DNA of 64,000 nt from Callorhinchus milii. Lineage: Eukaryota. The stretch lies in assembly GCF_018977255.1 (NCBI RefSeq), contig NW_024704743.1, positions 97,342,001-97,406,000 on the forward strand, given 5' to 3'. The translations under genes were made by a program, and so were the position numbers. The notes under the pieces were generated by a model, which was not told where the DNA came from, did no database searches, and saw nothing but the letters and a program-made list of their open reading frames with translations. Shown piece by piece: positions 47,361-60,745 of this stretch (its first letter is position 1; each line of letters starts with the position of its first letter).

Positions 47361-49092
47361 GTATGTTTTTGAAACATTTGAAGAGTAAACTGAAATGAAT
47401 GTTCTTTTCATTAGTGCGCTTGAATTAATTCCCTAAGATCCATACATTTTTCCAGCAAGTGGGATGTGTCATAACCAATCACAACCTGGCATATTAGGTG
47501 CCCTTTGACAAGGTTGTTCCAGAGATTACCAATACTGGTATACTTATCAACCATTCAAGGGGAAAGGGTTTCAAAAGGCTGGAATTCAGAGATCTCATTT
47601 GAATCTTGAAGTTGATAAGGGAATGGACATGTGTCACTTGCTGCTTAAATTCCCAGCCATCATCTCCTTATGATGCATCCTATGTCAGCAAACTTCTCCC
47701 TCCTATTTCAATCACTACACAAGAAAACAAACATTTTGGTAAACTTGTAAAAACTACAAACAGTTTGATGCTTTTTTTTGGTCAGCCAGGTACTGACTCC
47801 AGCAGTATCCCAAAGCATGGAGTGTATGTTGGAGTACTGCTGGAGTTTAACCAGGAGCTGAGTGGGAATAGCCCCTGCCCCCAATGACTGGTCTTCCCTT
47901 CAAGTTCTGCCAGTGAACCAGTCTGTCTGTGCTGTCATCAGCAGAGCCCTGGAGTACTGCTGACCTGCCTGGCTCAGGAACTGGACTACCGAGACCGCCA
48001 CAGATGGTTGGCTCGATTCTGACATTCCATTGGCAGGCACGTCACCTTGCAGCCAGTTCAGTTTCCCCCCCCCCCCCCCCAGAGGACAGTCACTAGGCAC
48101 AGGCGAAACCTTGGCAAGTTCCTTACCAGAGGACAGTCACTAGGCACAGGGCGAAACCTTGGCAAGTTCCTTACTCCCCCCCCCCCACCCAAAAAAAAAA
48201 AAAAAAAAAAAAAGAGGATAGTCACTAGTTGGTTATTTGACATCCGATAAGTGTGGTTTTGACCCCTCGCTAGATGGATGGTAGGTACCAGGAACTCCCA
48301 GAGAACTTCCTGATGGGCAACATGAGCTTGAATCACATGAGCGCATTGCCACCATCGTCTTGCTCACAGCATCACACATCCCTTCCCATTGAGCGATGGC
48401 TCCATCAATTGGAGATTAAAAGTTTAATCAGCAGCTGGTTACCTCTCTGCAAACCAATCAAGGTGAATTCCAGGAGCTGGATGTACAAAGGTGATCACAA
48501 AGTCAGACTCTCGATAACGCTTTCCATCAGCTGTGCCCAAGCCTCAAGAGTTTCTTCATCAGCTATCTGATGGACATGTGCCTTGAGTGCGGTGGGAAAA
48601 CCTTTACAGGACAGATTGCAATGTGCCAGCCACCTTGATGTTCTCGAGGTCCAAGACCATTGCTGCATACCTGGCTTACTCAGCACTAGCTGCCTAATCC
48701 AGATGTTCGTGTGATGGGGTTTGGCAACCAGACAATCCACCTCCACGGGCTTACAGGCTTTATTGCATAGACTCTTAAACCCATGCTAAAAATCTATTGC
48801 GAATCATTGGAATAAATTAAAGAACGCTGATCATAATTGTTTGCAGCTATCAGTTTTCCAGAAAGTTTTCCGAAAAAGGCATATTTATTTATGTATTTAC
48901 CCATAAGCCTAACTCTCCACTCCATGTAACCCATCATTGCGCCTTTTTCCCTTGGAGAGACGAGGTATCGGGAGTTTACATATGAAAATCAACTTAATTT
49001 ATCGTTTTAATCAAGAACATAGCAGCAAATCAAGTAAGTTATTTTAATAGCATAATATATAAATATGATTTTCTTATCTGATTTCTTTTCAG

Positions 49093-49188
49093 GCTTTTCA
49101 GCTGGTACTTCCAGCAGAAGTTAAACCTGACAGCAGTTTTGCCAAGAGGTCCCAAACTACAGGGCATTTGCTTGTCAAGATGCCAAAG
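49093..49188 (+). CDS. LRRC6: LRRC6 exon 10
   Basis: [32 protein letters not shown]; ttcag/gtacat; 96 nt. Confidence 0.96.
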
Positions 49189-49789
49189 GTACATAGCAAG
49201 TTCGATGGCTCTTATCTTTGAAGGTCTTATTCTTATGGGAACCTTTCTATGCAGGTTTGTGCTTGGGGTGAAAACATGATGTTAATAAATTGGTCTCAGG
49301 CCAACAACATTATCTGAATTGCTGTCATTCTGCCACCTCCAGGCATTGGTGTTCACAGAGATCTGTAGTACTGGAGATCTTGGCTGTTGTATCTAAAGGG
49401 ATATATACTTTACTTCATACCCAGCAGAAGTTAGCCCATCTTAATGTCCAGATACACTACAGGTTTCTGTACTGTACTATAATATCATGCTATGTAGTAC
49501 TATACTACATCCTCATGGTGGCTCTGTTGAGAATTGGGACTCACTGGAAGTTATAAGTGCCTATTTGAGTAAATCTGTAAAACATTTTGCTGTACATTAA
49601 TAAAAGATAAAATTAAAGAAATTTTAAATTGAGAGATCAGACAATAATGTGCTAAGGAGTTCTTCAAAGAACTCATTCAAATGTATTTTTTTAATGTTTT
49701 TGAAAAACAAATGTTTCATGAGCATCATTTATAAAGATACTGTAACACAAATAACAGCCTTTAATACAATTAAAAGCAGGCACAGCATT

Positions 49790-50130
49790 GCACTTATATA
49801 ATGCCTTTCATGTAGCTTAACTTCTCAAAGCTCTTTACAGAGATGGTGATGGATATTGAGTATAATGGATACAGTAGGCACGGTCAAAGAGATAGGATTT
49901 TAAAAGACTTTTCGGGGATGAGTTGGAAGAATTTAGGGAGGAAGCTCCAGAGGTTAGGAGCAAAGTAACTGAAGGCTTGGCTTCCAAAGCCAGGACAGAG
50001 GGGGTAAGGAATGCATAGCAGCCCAAGTTTTCTGATGAAAGAGCGAGCAGGAGAATGAGGCCGGAGGTCACAGAATGAGTGAGGAGTGAGGGGGGGAGCC
50101 AGTGGAGCCTGGTGAGGATGAAGTGATGGG
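49790..50130 (-). mobile_element. Old L2 3' end
   Basis: LTRLHWLP, FSYFAPNLW, LKSYLFDRAY. Confidence 0.75.
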
Positions 50131-51404
50131 CAAGCAAAGCTTAGAGCTGTTGTGGATATACCAACCCATCTAAGCAATTCAGAGTGTCAATCAATATTCC
50201 TTTATTTTAATGTTTTGAACAGTTAAAATGAAAGTTATTGAAATCGTTAGGTAGGAGAATTTGCTCTTAAGCGAAAAATGGTCTTGCACTTTATTTAGCA
50301 ACACATAATAATGTAATCATTTATCTGTCAATTCCTGTGAAAATAGAAACATGATCTCTATTTTTCTGGCACTCAACAGAATAAGTTGCAGTACCTGGTA
50401 AAATTACACTGCCTGTACTGAATGAAAAATACCCTTGTCATATATAGACGAAAATGGTATAGTAATTCAATCAATGTGATGATCCTTTGATATTAAGGGA
50501 CTATTTTTATACTTGTTTTACCAAAAGGAGGTATAAAATTCCATTATTGTTGAATTTGTGATGATTATATAATCTCCATTTCTTAACAGTTTCTTCTTTT
50601 TTCATTACTTTGGTCCATCTGGCCACGGATGTCTCATAAGTAATTCAGAAACTGTCCAAAATGACTGAAGAATTGAGATTGCCTAATAGCTGACCATTCA
50701 GGTGTTTCAGTAGCAGCCATTAGACTAGCATTGAGGTGATAACTAAAGGAAAAAATCTGTCTTATTGAGCAAAGTATTGGAGCTTCAGATTTCTATTCAG
50801 TTTATGGCAGGCACCTTAGCACTGCATGTTCATGGAGGGTGTACCGTTTCATATGAATGTCCAGCTGATTGTAGAAAGTTGCTGAAATAGACCATGATAT
50901 CTTGCATATCTTGCATCCTGCATTCACAAAGGCATTCCTGAAAAATATGATAGAAAGCATAGCCAGATTTAGCCAGTTTGTGGATCAATGACAGGAGGTT
51001 GTCATTTTTGCACTTTGATTCAGGAAAATTTATTGGATTATATCTTTTCTGTACTGTGTTGGTTCTTTTCACTTTTGAATGCAAGGATACATAAAAGACA
51101 CGATCGTTCAAATATTGCTAGGTCCTCTGGCATTTTATTCAGGTCTGCCTTATATGTTGCTTCAGTACTTGTTAGAATTTCAGTTTGCTTCACAGGTTCA
51201 GCCAATTTCATATTAATATTTTCTTTAGATCAAGGCAGGTCCTCGCTTTTGAAGGTGTGCAGTTTCAAATTGATCTAATGGTTAATGTTAGAATTGGGTA
51301 AGCTTGCAGGTTCATCCATTTCAAAATGATTGTCTCTTTTGCTCCTCCTCAGAAAATATATTTTTTTAGATATCGATTCGTTTTATTGACTTGGTCATTT
51401 CTAA

Positions 51405-51780
51405 TACATTTTTGAGATGTTTAAAATTATAAAAGGGATTGAAAAGGTAAGCATAAATAATTTCCACTGGTTGGGGAGTCCGTAACCAGGGGACACAAGT
51501 ACTGTATAAGATAGCAACTAGGGGACATAAAAGAGAATTTAAGAGGAACTGCTTCATGCAGAGTATAGTTATATTGTGGAACTCCCTGCCTGAAGCGATG
51601 ATTGAATCAAATAGTATAGATGGATTCAAGAGGAAGCTAAGCCTTCACACAAGGGATAGAAGGGGGATAGAAGGATATGGGAGGGAGTAAGGAATGGATG
51701 GAGACTCATGTGGAGTAAAAATACCGGCACAGACTGGTTTGGTCTAGTGGCTTGTTTCCGTGCTGTACATTCTTCGTAAA
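51405..51780 (+). mobile_element. Old CR1 3' end
   Basis: accaggggacacaagt (TRGH), ttgtggaactccctgcc (LWNSLP), tail-like tttccgtgctgtacattct. Confidence 0.7.
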
Positions 51781-51878
51781 TCTTATCCACAGTATTAATA
51801 AATGAACATAAATTTTATTATTCAAATTTGAGGATTGTAACTAATATCACTAACTAAAATCTGAAATGCTTCTTTCAG

Positions 51879-51961
51879 GCAGAAGAGATGGTTAGATCAA
51901 GGTCAAAGAACAAATCTACAATACCCTCTGTAGCCACTGATAAACAAAAAGATGTAACAAG
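51879..51961 (+). CDS. LRRC6: LRRC6 exon 11
   Basis: AEEMVRSRSKNKSTIPSVATDKQKDVTR; ttcag/gtactg; phase 0->2 links exons 10 and 12. Confidence 0.85.
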
Positions 51962-54489
51962 GTACTGTATACCATTATTCTATTTCTCAACAGTATTCCG
52001 ACCCCAATATATATAACAATTTCTAAAATGTTTATATGTTATATATTTGTCATTTAGAAGATAGCGTTTTTTGTGCTGTTGAAAGGGAGGGATATCTATG
52101 CTGGGGATAAGTCTCTTTTGGGTACTCAGTGTCAATACCTAGCGCCATCTATTGTGAAAATCTTAAACCTGTGTTCAGAATGGAAATCCAGCTTCATCCT
52201 ACAAAATGCCAAGCCAGAATTCACTTAGAGGAACAAAGGGCTATATTAACAATTTAAATTTTCAATACAATACCAGTTCTTTATAGCCAAGTGTGAGATA
52301 ATACAATATAGAAATTGTGCAACGGAACGCATTCTAAATATGGAAGGACATGGCAGGGTAGAAGATAAGTAAAGGGATTTAAGAATCCAAGTACATCAGC
52401 TATTAAAATCGAGATCACAGGCCCAGAAAGGAATCAAAAAGGTTATTGCACAATGCTGGGCTTCATAATGAGGATGGTGGAATATGAACGCAAGAAAGTG
52501 CTGCTACTGAACACTAGGACCCGACTTGCCTTTTTATACTTGATAATAGTGGACAACACAAAATTTTAATAGTAATCTAAATTATAAATTTATCCAGATG
52601 CTTAGTGGTGATCAATACATCAACACCACTGATCCTTTAGGAATTCCAATGTTCAAACTGTAAACATTGCAAATGATTAATAAAAAATTATTTTGTTGCT
52701 TTTTTTTATTAAATTATTAAATGGGCTCACAGAGAACCAACTTCTTTCAGCTGAGGTTTGCATTATTTTGTTAATACAGCACTAAATGAAATTACAGTTG
52801 CACGAGTAGTAATATTAATGCTTTTATTTGGTGAATTTCTGTCTGTATCAAGTTGAGGATTAAGAAGGTTTCAATCATTTTTTACACAGTGAATATGGTA
52901 TTTGAAAGGGAATTGGATAAATACTTGAAGAAAAATATTAAAATGGATTTGGGAAAAGAGCTCACTGGGTGTGGAGCTCATAGAATTACAGTTTCAATTC
53001 AGTCTGATTTAAACCTCCTGCTCGAGATTACATTGCATCCATTAAACCAACAACTCATATTGGACAGTGGCTTATTAAGGAGCTAGTTTGACAATGATAA
53101 AGCTTTTAGTAACATTAAAAATCAGTCCATTGAATGATCCTGAGAATTATGTATCAGATAATAAGAGTCTTCAGGGAAATGAGCCAGGCTGAATTTTGAT
53201 TCACATTTTTTACTTTGGCAATAATCTTCAATTAATGTCCTCTTGGTGCTAACTCAGCAATCAATTGAAGTGTGTATTTACTCTACCAAAACCATCCATA
53301 ATATTGATAACCCCCATTAGGAACTCTCCAACCAACCCTGGCAAATAAGACCCAACTTTTCAAGCTTATCCCCAGAACTGAAATCCGCAAAGAACAGGAA
53401 AAACAGAAGTGAATGATAATAGTGGGATCCTTGTTCTGTACTGAGGGACTGAGAGAAGCCGGCTAGTTGAATGACATTACCTAATCAGCTTGCTTGCATG
53501 AATTCAAATGTGCAGTCCCATGGCAGATCGTCATAATTAATTATCATAACTGTTCCACCTTAATTTGAAAGCTCGGTCAATATTTGTTTGTGTTTAACTA
53601 TTTTCTTTCTTGACAAATCCTGCAGATGAGTAATGTATTTGTGCTTTTTTCTTCCTTCAATAAACGTGTGTGCAATTTATGATTAGAGCAATCATTCTTT
53701 CAGTGATCACTGAGCATGTCATTCCTGAAGTATTATAGAAAAGTACAATCTGTGAAATCTAATCCCCTGTCATACTTTTGTAGATTGAATATTAATAGCT
53801 AGTACGTAGGAATTTACTTCAGTTCCGTCTCATGTTTAAAAATATAATTTCCATCATATCTGGAAATATATGCCTCTAATTCATGATTCAGTACCATTAC
53901 TCCACTTGTTGGATTGCTATGGACCTGTGCAGAAACTTATTCTGGAGAAAATCAATGCAGCACAGAAACTGCCATCTGAAGAACAAATGAACAGTAAAGG
54001 TATTTGTGACATATCTGCTGAGGCAGCTGTGGAAGCTGTGTGTTTTTCTTGTGAAGGCTTTTATTTTATCTGCATTCCTGTCAACTATTCTGTGACTAGG
54101 AAGTAAGTGATTTTCTTATTAAATGAGAATAGATTGTACAATGCATTCACGTCTTCAAAGTGTTTTGGATTTCTTCTGCTTTCCACTGCTAAGTGAATCC
54201 CTAAACCACTGGTTACCACCTCAAAACAGACCCGCTGGAGTAACAGTAAACTGAGCTGCTTGGGAAAGGGGGGTCACAGAATAGCTAGATGGGAACTTAA
54301 ATTATATCTCAATAACTTAGGATAATAATTTGGGAATTGGTAGTGACAAGCCAGGCCAATTCTTCACGAATTCCCAGATCAATAGGTCACCATGCAGCAA
54401 GCTAATATTCGGCTTTTCCACCTTCCAAATCCACGTTAGGATGTACCTCTTCAAACAATCTTTTGTCCACCCACCAGCTCAGACTCCCA

Positions 54490-54685
54490 GGCCTCAGTGT
54501 GAAGTGCTTTGAAACCCTCTCCTGAAGCGAAAATGGGAGTCCTCTGGTAGGGGAAATCCAGAACAAGGGAGCATAATCTTAAAATTAGAGCTAGGCCATT
54601 TAGGAGTGATATTAGGAGGCAGTTTTTCACCCAAAGGGGAGTGAAAATCTGGAACTCTCTCCCCCAAAAGGCTGTGGTTGCTGGA
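54490..54685 (+). mobile_element. CR1 fragment
   Basis: agaacaagggagcataatcttaaaattagagctaggccattt...ggaactctctcccccaaaaggctgtgg. Confidence 0.7.
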
Positions 54686-55384
54686 CCGTTGTAGAGTAAG
54701 GAAACTTGCCAAAGGTTTTGCCCCATCCAGGAATCAAATCTGGGTCCTCTCGCTTCTAAACGAGTACCCTAATAAATATGCTTCAGAACTTCAAATTGTG
54801 CCCAAGTATTTACCAAAACAACTAAATATGTTCAAGCACATTACTAGGCTTGCTGGTTTCCAGATTATAATCTTATATTATTATAATTATAATACTTTCA
54901 AAGGATTTTCACTTTATTCCATGCTGCAATAAAACATTGTTAATACCCATTTATTGAAAAGTTCTGAACTATAAGTTGTATATTGTAAAATATAAGTAGT
55001 ATATTGTAAGCAGAGACCAGTTTTGAAAGTTTGTTCATCTGATAACCTCAAATATGTTACGATGTAGCTGTTTTATATGGGAATTTAGGAAACCATAGAG
55101 GTGTCTGAGATTTTTCAATTTAATCTGAAATATAAATATTATGTACAATTTTTGCATTTGGTAGATCGCCTTGTTACATCAAAACATCTCAAAACACTTC
55201 CCATGTAATTACTGTCAAGTTAATTTTCTGAATTTGTAGGGACACAGCAGCCATTTTAAACAAAGCAAGGTCCACAAACAGACATGACCAATTTACCTGG
55301 AGGTTTGTTAGCCAGGATGCATGAAGAAATTCCTTTCTTGTTTTGAATAGTGTCATGAGATCTTGAATATTCACCTGAACAAGA

Positions 55385-55756
55385 ATATAACATAAGAACA
55401 TAAGAAATGCTAGACGAAAAAAGACCAAGGTCCATCTAGTTCACCTTCCTGGCAGTCGCATGCACATATGTCTCAAACTACCTCTGTACTATATCCCATA
55501 ATGTTATTTCCTAAAAGAAAACTGTCTAATCTATGTTTGAAAGAATCAACACTTCCTGCTTCAACCGTCTCTCTAAGGACCCTGTTCCACAGGTTCACTA
55601 TTCGCTCACTAAAATAGTGTTTGCATAGATTTGTTCTGAATTTACCCCACTTCAAAAGCAAGCTTTGTCCTCTGGTTCTACTATTCTGGACAGGTTGAAA
55701 CAGCCTGTCATCTGTATTTTGACATCTATATTGTCTAGCCCTTTTAGAATCTTAAA
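55385..55756 (-). mobile_element. CR1 3' end
   Basis: KFRTNLCKHYFSERIVNLWNRV..ETVEAGSVDSFKHRLD; (TTCTTATG)n tail. Confidence 0.85.
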
Positions 55757-56985
55757 GACAACAAGAACAACAAAATTACATTTGTGGAGCGTCTTTCATG
55801 TCGGGAGGACATCCCAAGGCGCTGAATAGTTACTGTTTTGGCCCTGAGCTAGGGGTCGGGAGGTGGGAGGGCAGGGGGGAAGCAGGGTGATTGAAAGCAC
55901 CGTCGTAAAAGAAAGTCTTGAGATGGGTCTTGAAGGAGGCAAAGGAGGGAGCGAGGCAGAGGGACTGTGGGATGTAGTTCGAGAGGGTAGGGGCAGAGTG
56001 GCAGAAGGTCCACCCACCAAGAGTGGAGTGGGCAAGGTGGGGGACGTGAAGCACGCTAGAGACCGCTGAGCAGAGGGAGCGGGTAGGATAGGAGGTTGCA
56101 GAGGTAGGGGGAAGCAAAGCCATGGAGGACACTGAAGGTGAGGACCAGGATCTTGAACTGTATCCTCAGTGTGATGGGAAGCCTGTGGAGTCGGGCGAGG
56201 ATGGGTGTGATAAGGTCACAGAGCCTGGTGCGGGAGAGGGCACAGGCTGCAGAGTTCTGGATGATCTGTAGCCTATGGAGGGAGGAGTTGGGGAGGCCGA
56301 CAAGCAAGCCAGAGCCCGCTGAGCGGAGGGAGCGGACAAGAACAATACAACAATACAATCTTTCATTTATAAAGTGCCTTTCACATTGGGAGGATGTCCA
56401 AAGATCCTCAGGAGCCAATCAGGAGAGCTTTGGTCTTGTTGACGTTCAACTGAAAAAGTTAGCTCTCATCCAGGACTTGATATCTGACAGAGGGTGGAGG
56501 CAGAGACGTAGAGTTGGGTGTCATCCACATACATGTGGAAGTTGACTTCATGTTTGTGGATGATGTCACCAAGAGGGGCATATAGATATTGAAGAGGAGG
56601 AGACCATGGACAAAGCCCTGAGGAACAAGACGGTGCAGGGGCTAGAGGAGAAACCGTTTGTGGAGATGAAGTGGCGGCGGTGTGAGAGGTACCATCTGAA
56701 CCATTCAAGGTCAGAACCAAGGTTGAGGTGAGAGGAGAGGCGGTGAATGAGGATAGAGTGGTCAACGGTGTCGAAGGCAGGAGAGAGGTCGAGGAGGCAG
56801 AGGGAGCCCTGGTCTCAGATGGACAGAATGGACATTTGTCACTTTGACCAGAGCTGTTTCTGTGCTGTGGGTAGCACGGATGCCCGATTGGAGGGGTTCG
56901 AGAAGGGAGTGGCGGGAGAGAAAGGAGCGAAGCTGAGAAGCAACAACTTGTTCCAGGAGAGGAAAGCAAGGTCGCCTTTCATGTT
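55757..56985 (-). mobile_element. L2 LINE fragment (RT to tail) with an internal extra tail
   Basis: VNFHMYVDDTQLY, LQIIQNSAACAL, FKTHLKTFFYDGAF. Confidence 0.9.
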
Positions 56986-57171
56986 ACCTCTCAATCTTCT
57001 ATTTTCTAAGATGGGAGCTATAAAGAAATTTAAAGTGGAGGAGAAATTAACAATGCATTAAAATATCAAGTATTTTACAATAAAAGCTTTTGAATAAACT
57101 CAGTGAGTTATTGATGAGATTTAAACTGCAGCAGTCTTATCTAATTACTACTTCACTGAATTATTCCACAG

Positions 57172-57364
57172 AACAACCCAACGAATTGAGAAGCTAGAAG
57201 TGGATCCCAGCAAACATTCCCGCGTTGATGTGACCAATATAGTGAAAGACAAGAAACCTGTCGCTGAAGGTCCCATCAAATTCCGTCAGGAGAGTGTAAC
57301 GGAAAGGAACTGTAACCATGACGACTTTCTGGATAACCCTGAGGTTCCACCATTACTTGAATAA
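57172..57364 (+). CDS. LRRC6: LRRC6 exon 12, C-terminus and stop
   Basis: TTQRIEKLEVDPSKHSRVDVTNIV...FLDNPEVPPLLE*; cacag acceptor, TAA at 57362-57364; total CDS 1428 nt. Confidence 0.96.
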
Positions 57365-57598
57365 CATGACAATAATAATGATCCTTACATTTGATATACT
57401 GATAGACCCTTTCATGTCAAAGGTTGTCTCATAGCGCTTCACAGTATAAAATGTAAGTACTGTCCTGTGTAGGCAAAGGTGAGGCTTGAAATAGTATCAT
57501 TTACTGACCATATCAGCTGAACATGTGACTTAATTCATTTTTTCCTTTCTGCTTTGTTTAGTAAATGAATCTGTGAACATAGCCTTCCATTAAGCAGT

Positions 57599-57604
57599 AA
57601 TAAA
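57599..57604 (+). terminator. Candidate LRRC6 polyadenylation signal
   Basis: First AATAAA seen about 235 nt after the stop codon. Confidence 0.45.
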
Positions 57605-60429
57605 CATAAAGTGGGCAATACTGGATCTCTCAGGGCACAATGTTGAACTGACTCAGGTCGCCCAGCTTCAGTTACATTCACTTTATTGCCTAAGTGTGAT
57701 ATGTAGGTCAATGAGCTAATTGGATTTCCGTAAATTTGTTAAATGAGTATTGTGTTATGTACATAAATAACCTTTTAAAAATTGCTGGAACCAAGCTTTA
57801 AATGAGAACCTCCGGTCATTTTTATTAACATATCTGATTACCACTTACTACCCAGATAGTTCCCTTTACTGTACATAGAAGTACATTTAAAACCTGTACT
57901 TTTAATGGAAGTACATTTAAAGCATGTACTGAAACATTTAATTCCTGTCAATTTGGTCAGATTTTCACCCATAGACTGGTGGCAACAGAAATTCTTGAAT
58001 GTGCAGTTGTTTCAAAGTCAATTGTATATGAGCTAGGTTTGATCTTCTGATTCTCTTCCCAGCTGACAGGGGAAGGTACATGAATAGTAAAGCATGTAAA
58101 ACTCACGTAGCTGCCAGCAAAAGCAGAGACCAATGTATAATTGTGTCTCTCGTGCAGTGCTCCCCATATTTGTGTAAGATGGAATACCTTAGCAGTTTGA
58201 ATGCAGGCAAAAGCTTTGTTTGCTGTTAGGACCACATGTCCAGATGAATTGCATTTTACATTACATTGAACCTGAAGTGAAACCTAAGCAAAATTAGACA
58301 TTAAACAAAATTTCCTTGTATTCCATAGAAATGTGTGATGCCATAGGAGATTTGGCCAATTTATTCATGTTGGTATTTGCTGCTCCAAGTCATCCATCCT
58401 AATCCCAATTCCTGTACTTTCTAATATCGTTCATCTGCATATGTTTGTCCAATTCCTTTTTAAAGGACCCCAAATTGCCACAGCCTCAAGAAATTGTGTC
58501 ATACAATAAGAACCCCCTGGAAAATATTCTTCCAAACTTCTCTTTTTACTCCCCTAAATTTGGATTTAAATGCTTGTTCCTCAGAGGATATTTGTCACTT
58601 TGAACTCAAAGCAATGTTTTTTTAAAACACCATCTTTATTTCACACAGTGTATGTATTAAAATCAACCCCTCCACCATCAAAAAGTTATCTGATTTCTTG
58701 AAACTACCTGTACTATCTGCCACCACCATGTCTCTAGGCAGTTTCCCGCTGTGTAAAGTATTACAAGTAGTTAAATATAAACTGATTTAGCATTTCACAT
58801 TGAAGGTTCAGACACTAATATCCATATTGAATATAATATTGGAGGTTATTTTGCCTATACTCTTTAAGATCACTAAATGCAATTGACTATTTTCTGATAT
58901 ATGCCAAAAGAGCTGAACAAAAGTCATTATTTTTGGTAAGTATGTATATATTGCTCTTTGGTGTGACATGTCTGGATGGTGGTAACTGGTTGTCTTTCTG
59001 GATATTAATGGAGGTTCTCATCAAATAAGTGATCAAATATCACACCATAAACCTATAATATTATACTGTTCAAAGGAAAACACATATTGTGCATTTTAGA
59101 CAAATATTTCTAGACTCCAGGAAGGTAAAGGTGGTGAAATATGACAACGCATTCAGGCTAGTGCTGAATTATTGAAGAATGTCACTGCTGTTGCTCCTAT
59201 ATTGTCATTATATAAACCTGGGTCATTTCCATAATAAACTCTGAAACCAAGATGTGCATATTTAGCTTCACTTTGTCTTAGTCCAACCAAACTAAAACTG
59301 TTACAGTGCAGAGTCAGCAAAGGTACTTCACATAAATCACTTTATACTGTATATCTATATATATCTTATTTAATAATTCTCATTTTGTTTTCAAGTAGGT
59401 CATTTGATGGAACTTGCCATCAGGTCCAATCACTATTTAAAGAAATTACTATCCAAGGGGAGTTTGTAACATGGATAATCACACTGCAATGTAATAACTC
59501 ATTTTGCATAAAGAATTAAAAGCTTCAAGATAACACAGGAAGAAAAATTTCAACAAGCAAAATAGATTGTAGGATGAGAATGTCGAGGTTGTGGGTCGTC
59601 TTTACTTTATTGAATATAACAATAGATTTTGCTAGATTTACAGTTATGGCCTGGCCACAGGGTGGTGTTCATCAAATTACTGTCAAACATATTACCTCAA
59701 AGAAAATGATTGAATAGGTTTAAAGAATACAAACATTGCTTTCCACCAAAATAACATTCACCAGAAACATTAACTATCAAGTCATTTAGAGTTTTCCCAA
59801 TCGATACACTTGATGACTTCCCTTCCATAGCTTGGAAGGAATGGTACTGACCCACACACTGCATGGAAGTCTCGTCATCCAACCTGGGTCTGTGCTGAGA
59901 ATTATCTGAGATGAGTAGGGGAGGTGGATGATGGGATTCCTACAATTGGCATCAGTATTTTCGAACTAAAAAAGCGAGGAAACAGCAAGGTTCATGTTTT
60001 TGTCCAGTGATTCCGTCTCGATATCAGCCTAGGACCAGGATTGCGCTTCACTGTATTGTCTCTACAACGGATACAACACTCACTGACTTGGCTGAAGAAT
60101 TGTTACATGAACAAGATGGTGAAGTGAAACTGCTGCCCATGGAGCTGTGGAAGGTAACCTCTCTACTAAACACATTAAAGGACACATGGCTGCCCAATAA
60201 CCGAATCTAGCTAGATCCCTCTCACGTTTGATCACCTCTTTCATATTAATTCTCCCAGTTTGATATTATCAGAAAACTTACATTTCTAAATGCAGTTCCA
60301 AATCATTTCTGCACATTCTTAATAACTGGCCCGTACCCTGATTTTTGAGTATCACATTCAATTGGACTATTTTCTTAACTTTGGGACTCCACTTGTGCTC
60401 CAAATACATTTTTCTTTAATTTTTCTACA

Positions 60430-60745
60430 GGAGTCCTGTTGCTCAGTGGTTAGAGCACTCGCCTGGCAAGTGAGAGACCTGGGTTTGATTCCCGGCATTG
60501 CAAAACCTTGGGCAAGTTTCCTTACTCCACATACCTCTGATGATAATCCCTCAAGAAAAAAAAATAAGTTGGTCACTTCAATCTACGACTGTTTGTGGGT
60601 CACTGCTGTGCACAATTGGCTGCTGCATTTCACCCACAAATATAGAGTCAATTCACTTTACAGTATATTCTGTGAAGCGCTTTGAGATGTCTAGAAGACG
60701 TGAAAAGCGCTATATCAAATGCAAGAATTATTATTATTATTATTT
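60430..60745 (+). mobile_element. tRNA-derived SINE with L2-type stem-loop and (TTA)n tail
   Basis: A box gctcagtggttagagc, B box ggtttgattccc, tail agcgctttgagatgtctagaagacgtgaaaagcgct..ttattatt. Confidence 0.88.

Noticed and set aside
57878..57930. Short duplicated palindromic motif (gaagtacatttaaa..tgtact) downstream of the LRRC6 stop; also small tandem duplications at 2068, 15309, 20651, 30053 and 54970
   Set aside because: Consistent with ordinary slippage duplications; no evidence of function
60430..60505. tRNA gene
   Set aside because: tRNA-like head continues into a SINE body and L2-type tail; same at 15334 and 62231
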